Part shown: piece after piece, positions 39,274-47,535 of the stretch | Position numbering within the stretch: the stretch's first letter is position 1 | Layout: each line of letters starts with the position of its first letter | DNA from: Streptosporangiaceae bacterium | GTDB taxonomy: Bacteria; Actinomycetota; Actinomycetes; Streptosporangiales; Streptosporangiaceae | Assembly: GCA_030038295.1 (NCBI GenBank) | Contig: JASHPF010000058.1 | Location: forward strand, 2,799 to 66,798 | DNA length: 64,000 bases | Direction of reading: 5' to 3' | Notes under the pieces: model-generated | The model's database searches: none | Seen by the model: only the letters and a program-made list of their open reading frames with translations | Told to the model about the DNA's origin: nothing | Translations under genes and position numbers: made by a program

Positions 39274-40617
39274 TCAGCGCGAGTCGGTAATCATCGCGGC
39301 ACCGACGGTAGCGCCCGTGGCCTCGTCGATGAGAATCAGGCCACCGGTGAGCCGGTTGCGCTGATAGGGATCGCAGAAAACCGGCTGGGTGAGCCGCAGC
39401 GTCACCCGGCCGATCTCGTTGAGGCTCAGCTCCGTTGCCGCCTCGTCCCGATGCAGGGTGTTGACGTTCAGCCGGTACTGCAGATCGCGGACGATCGCCT
39501 TGACGGTCCTGGTGGTGTGCTTCACCAGCAGCCTGCTCTGCGGCGTCAGCACCCTGGTGTCAGCCATCCAGCACACCATCGCCTCGATGTCCTGGGTCAC
39601 GACCGGCCGGTTGTGCGGGCGGCAGAACATGTCCCCGCGGGACACGTCCAGGTCGTCGTCGACGAGCAGGGTGACCGACATCGGTGCGAACGCCTCCGCC
39701 GCCGGGCCGTGCGGCGTGTCGATCCTGCTGACCCTGGTGGTCAGCCCGGATGGCAGGTGCATGAGCTCATCGCCAGGCTTCAGCACGCCGCCGGCGAGCT
39801 GACCGGCGTAGCCGCGGTAGTCATGCAGCTCGGGGTCGGTGGCCTGGTGCGGCCTGATGACGTACTGCACAGGGAACCGCACATCGATGAGGTTCCGGTC
39901 CGAGGCGATGTGCACGTGCTCCAGGTGATGCAGCAGCGACGGCCCGTCGTACCAGGGCATGTTGCTCGACCGCTGCACCACGTTGTCCCCGTGCAGAGCC
40001 GAGATCGGGATGAAGGTGAGGTCGCCGATCTCGAGCTTCGCCGCGAACGCGGTGAACTCCTCGGAGATCTGCTCGAAGACGTCCACGCTGTAGTCGACGA
40101 GGTCCATCTTGTTGATCGCCAGCACCAGGTGCGGGACCCGCAGCAGGGTCGCCAGAAACGCGTGCCTGCGGCTCTGCTCGGTCAGCCCGTTCCGGGCGTC
40201 GACCAGGACGATCGCGAGGTCGGCGGTCGACGCGCCGGTCACCATGTTGCGGGTGTACTGGATGTGACCGGGGGTGTCGGCGATGATGAACTTCCGCCGC
40301 GGCGTCGCGAAATAGCGGTAGGCGACGTCGATGGTGATGCCCTGCTCGCGCTCCGCCCGCAGCCCGTCGGTCAGCAGGGCGAGGTTGGTGAAGTCCTCTC
40401 CGCGCTCCCGGCTCGTCCGCTCGACCGCGGCCAGCTGGTCCTCGAAGATCGCCTTGGAGTCATACAGCAGACGCCCGATCAGCGTGCTCTTGCCATCGTC
40501 GACCGAGCCCGCGGTGGCGAGCCGCAGGATGTCCATGTGCCGACCTCCGTCACCGGACTGGCCGACGCCACCGGCGGAGCTCGCCGAGCCCGCAGCGCCT
40601 GGCTGGCTCGCCGTCAT
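39274..40617 (-). CDS. cysN: Sulfate adenylyltransferase subunit 1 (GTPase), no fused APS kinase domain
   Basis: Trimmed to ATG 40617 (MTASQPG), which shares one nt with the cysD TGA. GTPase motifs AGSVDDGKSTLIGRL, DTPGH and NKMD. The protein ends right after the CysN core. Confidence 0.9.
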   Translation of the reverse strand: MTASQPGAAGSASSAGGVGQSGDGGRHMDILRLATAGSVDDGKSTLIGRLLYDSKAIFEDQLAAVERTSRERGEDFTNLALLTDGLRAEREQGITIDVAYRYFATPRRKFIIADTPGHIQYTRNMVTGASTADLAIVLVDARNGLTEQSRRHAFLATLLRVPHLVLAINKMDLVDYSVDVFEQISEEFTAFAAKLEIGDLTFIPISALHGDNVVQRSSNMPWYDGPSLLHHLEHVHIASDRNLIDVRFPVQYVIRPHQATDPELHDYRGYAGQLAGGVLKPGDELMHLPSGLTTRVSRIDTPHGPAAEAFAPMSVTLLVDDDLDVSRGDMFCRPHNRPVVTQDIEAMVCWMADTRVLTPQSRLLVKHTTRTVKAIVRDLQYRLNVNTLHRDEAATELSLNEIGRVTLRLTQPVFCDPYQRNRLTGGLILIDEATGATVGAAMITDSR

Positions 40618-41537
40618 CAGAAGTAGCCCTCCCGCTTGCGATCCTCCATCGCGGCCTCGCTGGTCCGGTCGTCCGCGCGGGTCTGCCCGCGCTCGGTGAT
40701 CCTGGTGGCGGCGACCTCCGTGATCACCTCGTCGACCGTGCCGGCGGTCGACTCGACGGCACCGGTGCATGTCATGTCACCCACGGTTCGGTAGCGCACG
40801 CGGGCCGCGAAGGCCGGCTCGTCGGGCAGCCTCGTGACGTACTCGCTGTCGGCCAGCAGGATGCCGTCGCGCTCGAAGACCTGCCGCGTGTGGGCGAAAT
40901 AGATGGCCGGGATCGCCAGCCGCTCCCTGGCGATGTAGTGCCAGACATCCAGCTCGGTCCAGTTGGACAGCGGAAACACCCGGATGTGCTCGCCGCGCCT
41001 GATCCGGGTGTTGTAGATGTTCCACAGCTCAGGGCGCTGGTTTTTCGGATCCCACTGACCGAACTCATCCCGGAACGAGAACACCCGCTCCTTCGCTCTG
41101 GCCTTCTCCTCGTCCCGGCGTGCCCCGCCGAACACCGCGTCGAAACGGTGCTCGGCGATCGCATCCAGCAGCGTCGTGGTCTGCAGCCGATTGCGGCTTG
41201 CCCACCGCCCGGTCTCCTCGGCCACCCGGCCCGCGTCGATGGACTCCTGGACAGACGCCACGATCAGCCGTGCGCCGAGTTCGGCTACCCGGCGATCGCG
41301 GAACTCGAGGACCTCGGGAAAGTTGTGCCCGGTGTCGACGTGCATCACCGCAAACGGAATCCTGGCCGGCCAGAACGCCCGCTCCGCCAGCGCGAGCATC
41401 ACGATCGAGTCCTTGCCCCCAGAGAACAGCAGGACCGGACGCTCGAACTCGGCCGCCACCTCGCGCATGACGTGGATCGACTCGGTTTCCAGCACGTCAA
41501 GCTGGGACAGCAGGTAGTCCGTGCGTGGCGACACCAT
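40617..41537 (-). CDS. cysD: Sulfate adenylyltransferase subunit 2
   Basis: 306 aa. PAPS-reductase-fold P-loop LLFSGGKDS. Conserved C-terminal EDRKREGYF. Confidence 0.92.
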   Translation of the reverse strand: MVSPRTDYLLSQLDVLETESIHVMREVAAEFERPVLLFSGGKDSIVMLALAERAFWPARIPFAVMHVDTGHNFPEVLEFRDRRVAELGARLIVASVQESIDAGRVAEETGRWASRNRLQTTTLLDAIAEHRFDAVFGGARRDEEKARAKERVFSFRDEFGQWDPKNQRPELWNIYNTRIRRGEHIRVFPLSNWTELDVWHYIARERLAIPAIYFAHTRQVFERDGILLADSEYVTRLPDEPAFAARVRYRTVGDMTCTGAVESTAGTVDEVITEVAATRITERGQTRADDRTSEAAMEDRKREGYF

Positions 41538-42340
41538 CAGGATTGCTCTCCCTGCGCTGTGGTCGCGCGAGCTGCTAGGGGAACGGAGCTACTGGTGATC
41601 GCGGCACGTATCGCCTGCAACAGCCGCGGTGCCAGCTCCACCGGACAAATGAGGATATCAGGCAGTGCCGGGTTCGCCTGGTTGTAGCGGAGCGGCGAGC
41701 CGTCGATCCGCGACGCGTGCAGACCGGCAGCCCTGGCCACGGCGACCGGCGCCGCGGAGTCCCACTCGTACTGGCCGCCGCTGTGCACGTAGACGTCGGC
41801 GTCACCGGTGATCACCGCCGCTGCCTTGGCGCCGGCCGAGCCCATCGGGAGCTCGGCGGCACCGAGGTCGGCCGCCAGCCTGGCGACGAACGCGGGCGGC
41901 CGCGTCCGGCTGACGACCAGCCGGAGCCGGTCCCGCTGGGCGGGTGGCACCGGTTCCGGCCGCCACGTGCTGAGGACCCGACCCCGGGCGGGCAGCGCGA
42001 CGGCCCCGGCGGTCAGCTCGCCGTCCTGCCACAGCGCCACGTGGACGGCCCAGTCGGTCCGGCCCCGCTCGCCGAATTCCCTCGTGCCGTCCAGCGGGTC
42101 GACGATCCATACCCGGCTGGCGGACAGCCGCGCCCGGTCGTCGGCGCCTTCCTCGGACAGCACCGCGTCGTCCGGGCGCAGCCGGGCGAGCTCAGCCGTG
42201 AGGTAGGTGTGGGAGAGCCGGTCGCCCGCGGGCCGGAGCTCGTCCGGCGGGAGGTCGCCGTCGCTGCGCAAAACCAGCAGCCGCTGGCCAGCGTCCCTGG
42301 CAAGCTGCCACGCCAGCCGGTGGTCGTCAGCTTCCGTCAA
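41537..42340 (-). CDS. cysQ: 3'(2'),5'-bisphosphate nucleotidase / inositol monophosphatase family
   Basis: IMPase motifs LSEE, WIVDPLDGT and GGQYEWD. ORF-track ORF (to 42421) trimmed to TTG 42340 after AGGTGGGG; the start is uncertain. Confidence 0.78.
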   Translation of the reverse strand: MTEADDHRLAWQLARDAGQRLLVLRSDGDLPPDELRPAGDRLSHTYLTAELARLRPDDAVLSEEGADDRARLSASRVWIVDPLDGTREFGERGRTDWAVHVALWQDGELTAGAVALPARGRVLSTWRPEPVPPAQRDRLRLVVSRTRPPAFVARLAADLGAAELPMGSAGAKAAAVITGDADVYVHSGGQYEWDSAAPVAVARAAGLHASRIDGSPLRYNQANPALPDILICPVELAPRLLQAIRAAITSSSVPLAARATTAQGEQS

Positions 42341-42443
42341 CTGCGCCCCACCTGACTTGCTCCGTCTCGGCCTGCCATGATGCCTGGTCAGCCTACCGTC
42401 TGGCCCCGCCCGGTCTCGCATCGTGGCCGAAAGCTCCGACTGC

Positions 42444-43013
42444 CTAGTGGAACTCGTTCTGCGCCGCGGCGAGACCGCGCTCGATCAGCACCTCGGCCGC
42501 GTCAGCTGCCCGGGTCACGATCTCCGGCACCTCGGCCCGCTCCGCCGCCGCGAAGTTGTGCAGCACGAAGTCGGCCGGATCCATCCGGCCGGGCGGGCGG
42601 CCGATCCCGATCCTGATCCGGTAATAGTCGCGGCTGCCGAGGGCCGCGGTGACCGAGCGCAGCCCGTTGTGGCCGTTGTCGCCGCCGCCGAGTTTGAGCC
42701 GGACGGCGCCGAACGGAACGTCCAGCTCGTCGTGGATGACCACGATCCGGTCGCCAGGCAGCTTGTAGAAGGTCCGCAGCGCGGCAACCGGCCGGCCCGA
42801 AGCGTTCATATAGGTCATCGGCTTGGCCAGGATGACCGGCGTGCCGGCCAGCCTGCCGGTGGCGAGCTGCGCCCGCGACCTGTCCCGCTTGAACCGGGCG
42901 CCAGTCCGGGCCGCGAGCAGGTCTGCGACGAGGAAGCCCAGGTTGTGCCGGTTACCGGCGTACTCAGGGCCGGGGTTACCCAGGCCGGCAATCAGCCAGC
43001 GTTCGTCCGCCAT
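42444..43013 (-). CDS. pth: Peptidyl-tRNA hydrolase
   Basis: 189 aa. [18 protein letters not shown] and the HDELD block. Confidence 0.93.
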   Translation of the reverse strand: MADERWLIAGLGNPGPEYAGNRHNLGFLVADLLAARTGARFKRDRSRAQLATGRLAGTPVILAKPMTYMNASGRPVAALRTFYKLPGDRIVVIHDELDVPFGAVRLKLGGGDNGHNGLRSVTAALGSRDYYRIRIGIGRPPGRMDPADFVLHNFAAAERAEVPEIVTRAADAAEVLIERGLAAAQNEFH

Positions 43014-43091
43014 GCACGCTCAACTCCGGCTCACCGGACCTGCCGCCGGGACGGCCGCGCTCGTCAGCTGAGCCGAGCCGCCGACGCCTGG

Positions 43092-43739
43092 TCAGCCTGC
43101 CGCCGGCTCCTCGCCAGCTTCGGCCGCAGGCTCCTCGCCTGCCGCGACGGCAGCTGCCTCCGCGACCTCCTCGGCGACCTCGGCGCCGAGCTCGGCCGCC
43201 GTCGGCGCCGTGATGACGTGCAGGATGAGCAGGTCGGCCTCGTCATCGAGCTCGACACCGCGCGGCAGCTTCAGGTCGCCAGCGTGGACGGCAGCTCCCA
43301 CGTCCATGCCGTCGACGTTGACCTGGATGCCGGCCGGGATGTTCGTGGCCTCGGCCTTCACCGACACCTGCACGAGCTGCTGGTCGAGCAGGCCACCGGG
43401 GACGATCTCGCCGGTGACCGTCACCGGCACGTCCACGACCACCTTCTCGCCGCGCCGGACGAGCAGCAGGTCGAGGTGCTCGACCCAGCCCTTGATCGGA
43501 TCACGCTGGACGGACTTCGGCAGCGCGAGCTGCGCGCCGCCCGGCAGGCCCTCGAGCCTGATGAGCACGTTCGGGGTGCGCAGCGCCATCAGCACCTCGT
43601 GGCCGGGCAGCGTCATGTGCCTCGGGTCGCTGTGGTGGCCATAGAGCACAGCCGGCACCCGCCCGGCACGCCGGATCTGGCGGGCTGGCCCCTTGCCGAA
43701 CCGGGTGCGCGGCTCGGCGGCGATCATTACCTCAGGCAC
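43092..43739 (-). CDS. rplY: 50S ribosomal protein L25 / general stress protein Ctc
   Basis: AAEPRTRFGKGPARQIRRAGRVPAVLYG. Trimmed to GTG 43739 after AAGGAGAG. Acidic Ala/Glu-rich tail. Confidence 0.88.
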   Translation of the reverse strand: MPEVMIAAEPRTRFGKGPARQIRRAGRVPAVLYGHHSDPRHMTLPGHEVLMALRTPNVLIRLEGLPGGAQLALPKSVQRDPIKGWVEHLDLLLVRRGEKVVVDVPVTVTGEIVPGGLLDQQLVQVSVKAEATNIPAGIQVNVDGMDVGAAVHAGDLKLPRGVELDDEADLLILHVITAPTAAELGAEVAEEVAEAAAVAAGEEPAAEAGEEPAAG

Positions 43740-43824
43740 GGTGGCTCTCCTTGTGATGACAGAAAAGTCCTTGCGAAGCATAGCTGACCAGCCACGCTGA
43801 TCGGCGATTCGGGCATCGGCTCCA

Positions 43825-43849
43825 CCGGCCGGGCAGCCGGCCCGGCCGG
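43825..43849 (-). terminator. GC-rich hairpin downstream of prs (CCGGCCGGGC-5 nt-GCCCGGCCGG)
   Basis: Perfect 10-bp stem with a 5-nt loop, 43 nt after the prs stop. No U-tract. Confidence 0.4.
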
Positions 43850-43891
43850 GACCCGAGCGAACCCCGTTCCCTGATCGCTCTGCGTCGCGGG

Positions 43892-44869
43892 CTAGCTCTG
43901 GCCGTCGAAGAGGCTGGTCACCGAGCCGTCACTGAACACCTCGTTGATCGCCCGCGCGATCAGCGGCGCGATGGAGAGCACGGTCAGCTTGTCGAACCGC
44001 TTGTCGTTGCCGATGGGCAGCGTGTTGGTCACGACCACCTCGCTGACCTGGGAGTTTTTCAGCATGTCGACCGCGTTGCCGGACAGCACGCCGTGGGTGG
44101 CGGCCACGACAACCTGCTCGGCTCCCTGATCGAAGAGCGTCTCCGCCGCCTTCACGATCGTCTGCCCGGTGTCGATCATGTCGTCTACCACGATGCACGT
44201 GCGCCCGGCCACCTCGCCCACGACCTCGAGTACCCGGGCCTGGTTCGCCACGTCGGGATCGCGCCGCTTGTGGATGATGGCCAGCGGGCAGCCGAGCCGG
44301 TCGGTCCACCGCTCGCAGACCCGGACCCGGCCGGCGTCGGGCGCCACCACCGTGACGTTCGACACCTCGAGCTTGCCCTCGAGGTAGGAGGCCAGGATCG
44401 GCAGCGCGAACAGGTGATCGACCGGCCCGTCGAAGAACCCCTGGATCTGCGCGGTGTGCAGGTCGACCGCCATCAGCCGGTCGGCGCCCGCGGTCTGGAA
44501 CAAGTCCGCCATCAGCCGGGCCGAGATCGGCTCGCGGCCGCGGCTCTTCTTGTCCTGCCTGGCGTAGCCGAAGAAGGGCGTGACCACCGTGATCCGCTTC
44601 GCCGACGCGCGCTTGAGCGCGTCCACCATGATCAGCTGCTCCATGATCCACTTGTTGATCGGTGCGGTGTGGCTCTGCAGCACGAACGCGTCACAACCGC
44701 GGACCGACTCGAGGAAGCGCACGAAGATCTCGCCGTTGGCGAACTCGTAAGCGGTGGTGGGCGTCGGCTCGATGCCAAGGCAGCCGGCTATTTCCTGGCC
44801 AAGCTCGGGGTAGCCACGACCGACGAAGAGCATCATCTTCCGTTCGGGCGTGGTGGTCATGCCAGTCAC
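43892..44869 (-). CDS. prs: Ribose-phosphate pyrophosphokinase
   Basis: 325 aa. FANGEIFVRFLESVRG, YARQDKK and VVDDMIDTGQT. GTG 44869, or ATG 44860. Confidence 0.94.
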   Translation of the reverse strand: MTGMTTTPERKMMLFVGRGYPELGQEIAGCLGIEPTPTTAYEFANGEIFVRFLESVRGCDAFVLQSHTAPINKWIMEQLIMVDALKRASAKRITVVTPFFGYARQDKKSRGREPISARLMADLFQTAGADRLMAVDLHTAQIQGFFDGPVDHLFALPILASYLEGKLEVSNVTVVAPDAGRVRVCERWTDRLGCPLAIIHKRRDPDVANQARVLEVVGEVAGRTCIVVDDMIDTGQTIVKAAETLFDQGAEQVVVAATHGVLSGNAVDMLKNSQVSEVVVTNTLPIGNDKRFDKLTVLSIAPLIARAINEVFSDGSVTSLFDGQS

Positions 44870-44885
44870 AGCGGGTTCAACTCCC

Positions 44886-45968
44886 CTAATGCAGCCACAT
44901 GCCTAAGCCAGCCGGCCGGGTCCCCGGCTGGTCGAAGTCGTCGGCACGCAGGTGAGCAAAGGGCCCGACCTCGATGCCGGGCTCAATGACGACCGCCTCG
45001 CAGACCGACTGCAGCACGCTCGCGCCCGCGCCGACCACCGTGTCGCGGAGCAGCGAGCCGGGGCCCACGCTGGCGCCCGCCGCGATGGTGGTCCGGCCCT
45101 CGAGCTGGGTCGCCTGGCCGATCCTGGCGCCCGGTTCGATCGTGACGTCGACGTCGATCCAGGTGCTTGCCGGATCCACGATCGTCACGCCGGCCGCCAT
45201 GTGGCGGGCGAGCAGCCGCTCGTTCAGCACGCGTCGCGCCGAGGCGAGCTGGACCTGGTTGTTGACGCCCTGAATCTCCTCGAAATCGGGGCAGAAGGCG
45301 CTGGCAACCAGGTGGCCGTCAGCCCGCAGGATGGCCGGAACCTCGGTCAGGTACTCCTCCCCCGTGGCCGGCGCGGCCGGAACCCGCTTGACCGCGTCGG
45401 CCAGCAGGTCGCCGTCAAAGGCGAACATGCCCGAGCTGATCTCGCTGCCGGCCCGCTGCTCCGGCGTCGCATCGGCCTCCTCGACGATGCCGGATATCCG
45501 GCCGTGCTCGTCGCGGAGAATGCGGCCGTAGCCGGTCGGGTCGGGCGCCGTGGCGGTCAGCACCGTCACGGCGGCGCGAGCCTTCTCGTGCTCGGCGACC
45601 AGGCTGGCCACCGTCGAGCTGCGCAGCATCGGGGTATCGGAGAACAGCACCACGACGGTCCCGTGGATCGTGCCGACGTTCTCGATCACGGTGCGCACGG
45701 CGTGGCCGGTGCCCCACGAACTGGTGCGCTCCTGCACCACCAGCCTCGCGGCCGGGAAGTTGACGCGCGCGTAGCCGGCCACCTGGCCGTCCGGGCTGGC
45801 CACCACGAGGATCAGCCGCTGCGGGAGGAGTTCCTGCGCCACCGCGAGGACGTGGCCGAGCATCGCCCGGCCGCACACCTCGTTGAGCATCTTCGGGGCG
45901 GCGGTGCGCATCCGGGTGCCCTCTCCCGCCGCCAGCACGATGACGGCGGCCGGACCCTTGGCTGTCAC
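44886..45968 (-). CDS. glmU: GlmU-like UDP-N-acetylglucosamine pyrophosphorylase with truncated acetyltransferase (LbH) domain
   Basis: Uridyltransferase motif VLAAGEGTRM and a GlmU-like core up to the first LbH turns (..VGPFAHLR). The ORF then stops 19 codons later, 14-17 nt before prs. The start is uncertain: GTG 45968 is proposed, while the ORF-track ORF extends to 46157. Confidence 0.7.
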   Translation of the reverse strand: MTAKGPAAVIVLAAGEGTRMRTAAPKMLNEVCGRAMLGHVLAVAQELLPQRLILVVASPDGQVAGYARVNFPAARLVVQERTSSWGTGHAVRTVIENVGTIHGTVVVLFSDTPMLRSSTVASLVAEHEKARAAVTVLTATAPDPTGYGRILRDEHGRISGIVEEADATPEQRAGSEISSGMFAFDGDLLADAVKRVPAAPATGEEYLTEVPAILRADGHLVASAFCPDFEEIQGVNNQVQLASARRVLNERLLARHMAAGVTIVDPASTWIDVDVTIEPGARIGQATQLEGRTTIAAGASVGPGSLLRDTVVGAGASVLQSVCEAVVIEPGIEVGPFAHLRADDFDQPGTRPAGLGMWLH

Positions 45969-46366
45969 TCGGCTCGGCTCCTCGGTGTCGCTGGGGATCG
46001 CTGCGGAAACTGCCGTGGCTCTCGCCGGAGTGGGCGGCGCGGATGTTGCTGTCCCGACATGGGCAGGATACCGGGCTGTTACCTGCGCCGGGCCGCCCCG
46101 GGCTGCTGTTGGCGCCCGGTGCACCGACCGCCACGATCGTCCCACAAAGTCCGCCACCCCGCCGGGCCCGCACCGATCCGGTCCCCGTCACCCCGCGACC
46201 GCCCAGCCGATCAGTCTGCGCTGGCGAAGGACCATGCTCACCACGGGAGCAGGCACCAATCGCGGTGATCCGGCGCGGCGCCTCGTAGTTGATCACCTCG
46301 GAAACTGCTCTCAGCCTGTCAGCCGTGGCTGCGCTCCACTCGCCGGTAAGCTGGCCTTTCGTACCT

Positions 46367-46438
46367 TCCCGCGTCGTCCAATCGGCAGGACTTCCGACTT
46401 TGGCTCGGACAATTGAGGTTCAAATCCTCACGCGGGAG
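46367..46438 (+). tRNA. tRNA-Gln (anticodon UUG)
   Basis: Hand-folded cloverleaf. Acceptor TCCCGCG/CGCGGGA with the U1:A72 pair. D arm GTCC-AATCGGCA-GGAC. Anticodon arm TCCGA-CTTTGGC-TCGGA. T arm TGAGG-TTCAAAT-CCTCA. Discriminator G. CCA is not encoded. Confidence 0.85.
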
Positions 46439-46447
46439 CATACTTCT

Positions 46448-47305
46448 TTATTCTAGCAAACAACCCGATTCCATTGCGGCGCGAGCCCAGCCTTCGATCT
46501 GACGGTAGAGCTCCAGCCCCTTGCGCACGGTAATGACCAGACAACCGTGATAGTCGTCTCCGGTGTTCTTGCGGACAGTCTTCGGATTGTGTCGCTTCAG
46601 CGTCGGCTCCTGGAACTGCTTGTCGGGTAGGCCAGTGACTTGGCACCAGAACTGCTCGGCGGCAGCCACATCGGCGCTCTCATGGATCGAGACCCGGCAG
46701 TAAATGCGGTCTCGCTCGACGCCCACCACAGCCAGGAAACGAAGGAAGAACAAGATCAGCTTTGGATCGCTGTTAACGAACAGGACCTTGTTGTCGAACC
46801 TTCGGTACGGCTTGTTCTTGCTTCCCTCGCACCAGTAGGCAATGGCTCCCGCGATAACGATCTCCCGGTCAGACAGCGGCCCGACCGCCGCGGCAGCGGC
46901 GTCGCTGATGGCCTTGCGCCTGGCCTCGCGGCGCGGCGACTCGGCGGCCCAGAACGCGCTCACGCCGGTCGCGTTTCGCTTGCGGAACTCCTCGTAGCCG
47001 AGCCGCCCAACGCGCGGCATGTCCCGGGTCCATACCGACACCGCGCTTTTCGAGACGCCGAGCTCAGCGGCGATCTCGACGTAGGTGTAGCCGCGGGTAC
47101 GCAGCTCGCGGGCCTTGGCATGAAGGTCGTCCTTGGCCCGCGGCCGTCGCGTCCACGACGGGGGCGGTACGCCCCGCAGCGCTTCGCCGAGCCTCGAGTT
47201 GCTCGTCACGCCGGTGATCTGCTTGATCTCGCGCAGCGACTTGCCAGCCAGCCGGAGCGCCGTCGCCTGCTCGCGTAACTGCGGAAGTGCCAGTGAATTG
47301 CCCAT
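46448..47305 (-). CDS. Hypothetical DNA-binding protein: two N-terminal HTH-like segments plus LAGLIDADG-like C-terminal domain
   Basis: Trimmed to ATG 47305 (MGNSLALPQLREQ). HTH-like LAGKSLREIKQITGVTS and RGYTYVEIAAELGVSKSAVSVW. C-terminal IVIAGAIAYWCEGSKNK .. LFVNSDPKLILFFLRFL resembles a single LAGLIDADG motif. The 3' half is only about 52-54% GC by hand count. The CDS is likely real; the function is speculative. Confidence 0.5.
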   Translation of the reverse strand: MGNSLALPQLREQATALRLAGKSLREIKQITGVTSNSRLGEALRGVPPPSWTRRPRAKDDLHAKARELRTRGYTYVEIAAELGVSKSAVSVWTRDMPRVGRLGYEEFRKRNATGVSAFWAAESPRREARRKAISDAAAAAVGPLSDREIVIAGAIAYWCEGSKNKPYRRFDNKVLFVNSDPKLILFFLRFLAVVGVERDRIYCRVSIHESADVAAAEQFWCQVTGLPDKQFQEPTLKRHNPKTVRKNTGDDYHGCLVITVRKGLELYRQIEGWARAAMESGCLLE

Positions 47306-47440
47306 GTATCGAATACTAGATCGATGCACCGACAAGCCACAGGCAGACGATTCGCATGCTGGCACCGACGCTGGGTAAAGGGTCAGTGCGACCCGCACGG
47401 TTCACGACCCCGCAGGCAAGAATTTGCTCCGTTGTCGTGC

Positions 47441-47472
47441 AACCTACGGTCTCGTAGGTTACGGTTACGTAA
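47441..47472. promoter_or_regulatory. Candidate operator upstream of the desaturase: AACCTACG-gtct-CGTAGGTT followed by TTACGTAA
   Basis: Perfect 8-bp inverted arms with a 4-nt spacer, plus an adjacent 8-nt palindrome, 65-95 nt upstream of the desaturase ATG. A TetR gene lies directly downstream of the desaturase. Confidence 0.4.
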
Positions 47473-47535
47473 GCGTATCTGCGTGGCCCTTGCCCACGGT
47501 TCTGCGGAGCGCCCAAGTCGGGACAACCTGCATTA

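Noticed and set aside
39274-40617. Possibility that cysN is a CysNC fusion providing APS kinase for glycan sulfation
   Set aside because: The ORF ends immediately after the CysN core (..LILIDEATGATVGAAMITDSR). There is no P-loop kinase domain downstream, and the following 347 nt are non-coding.
45969-46366. About 400 nt between the proposed glmU start and tRNA-Gln, containing in-frame and off-frame ORF extensions (to 46157 and 46296)
   Set aside because: The translations are Ala/Pro/Arg/Gly-rich with no motif, and I found no credible independent gene. The stretch may be a 5' UTR or promoter, or a lineage-specific N-terminal extension of GlmU. Left unannotated.
46420-47420. Search for an att-like direct repeat of the tRNA-Gln 3' end flanking the low-GC ORF
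   Set aside because: Only a weak GGTTCA-containing resemblance near 47.40 kb was seen; by eye it was roughly 6 of 15 following positions. No integrase is present. This is insufficient to call an integrated element.
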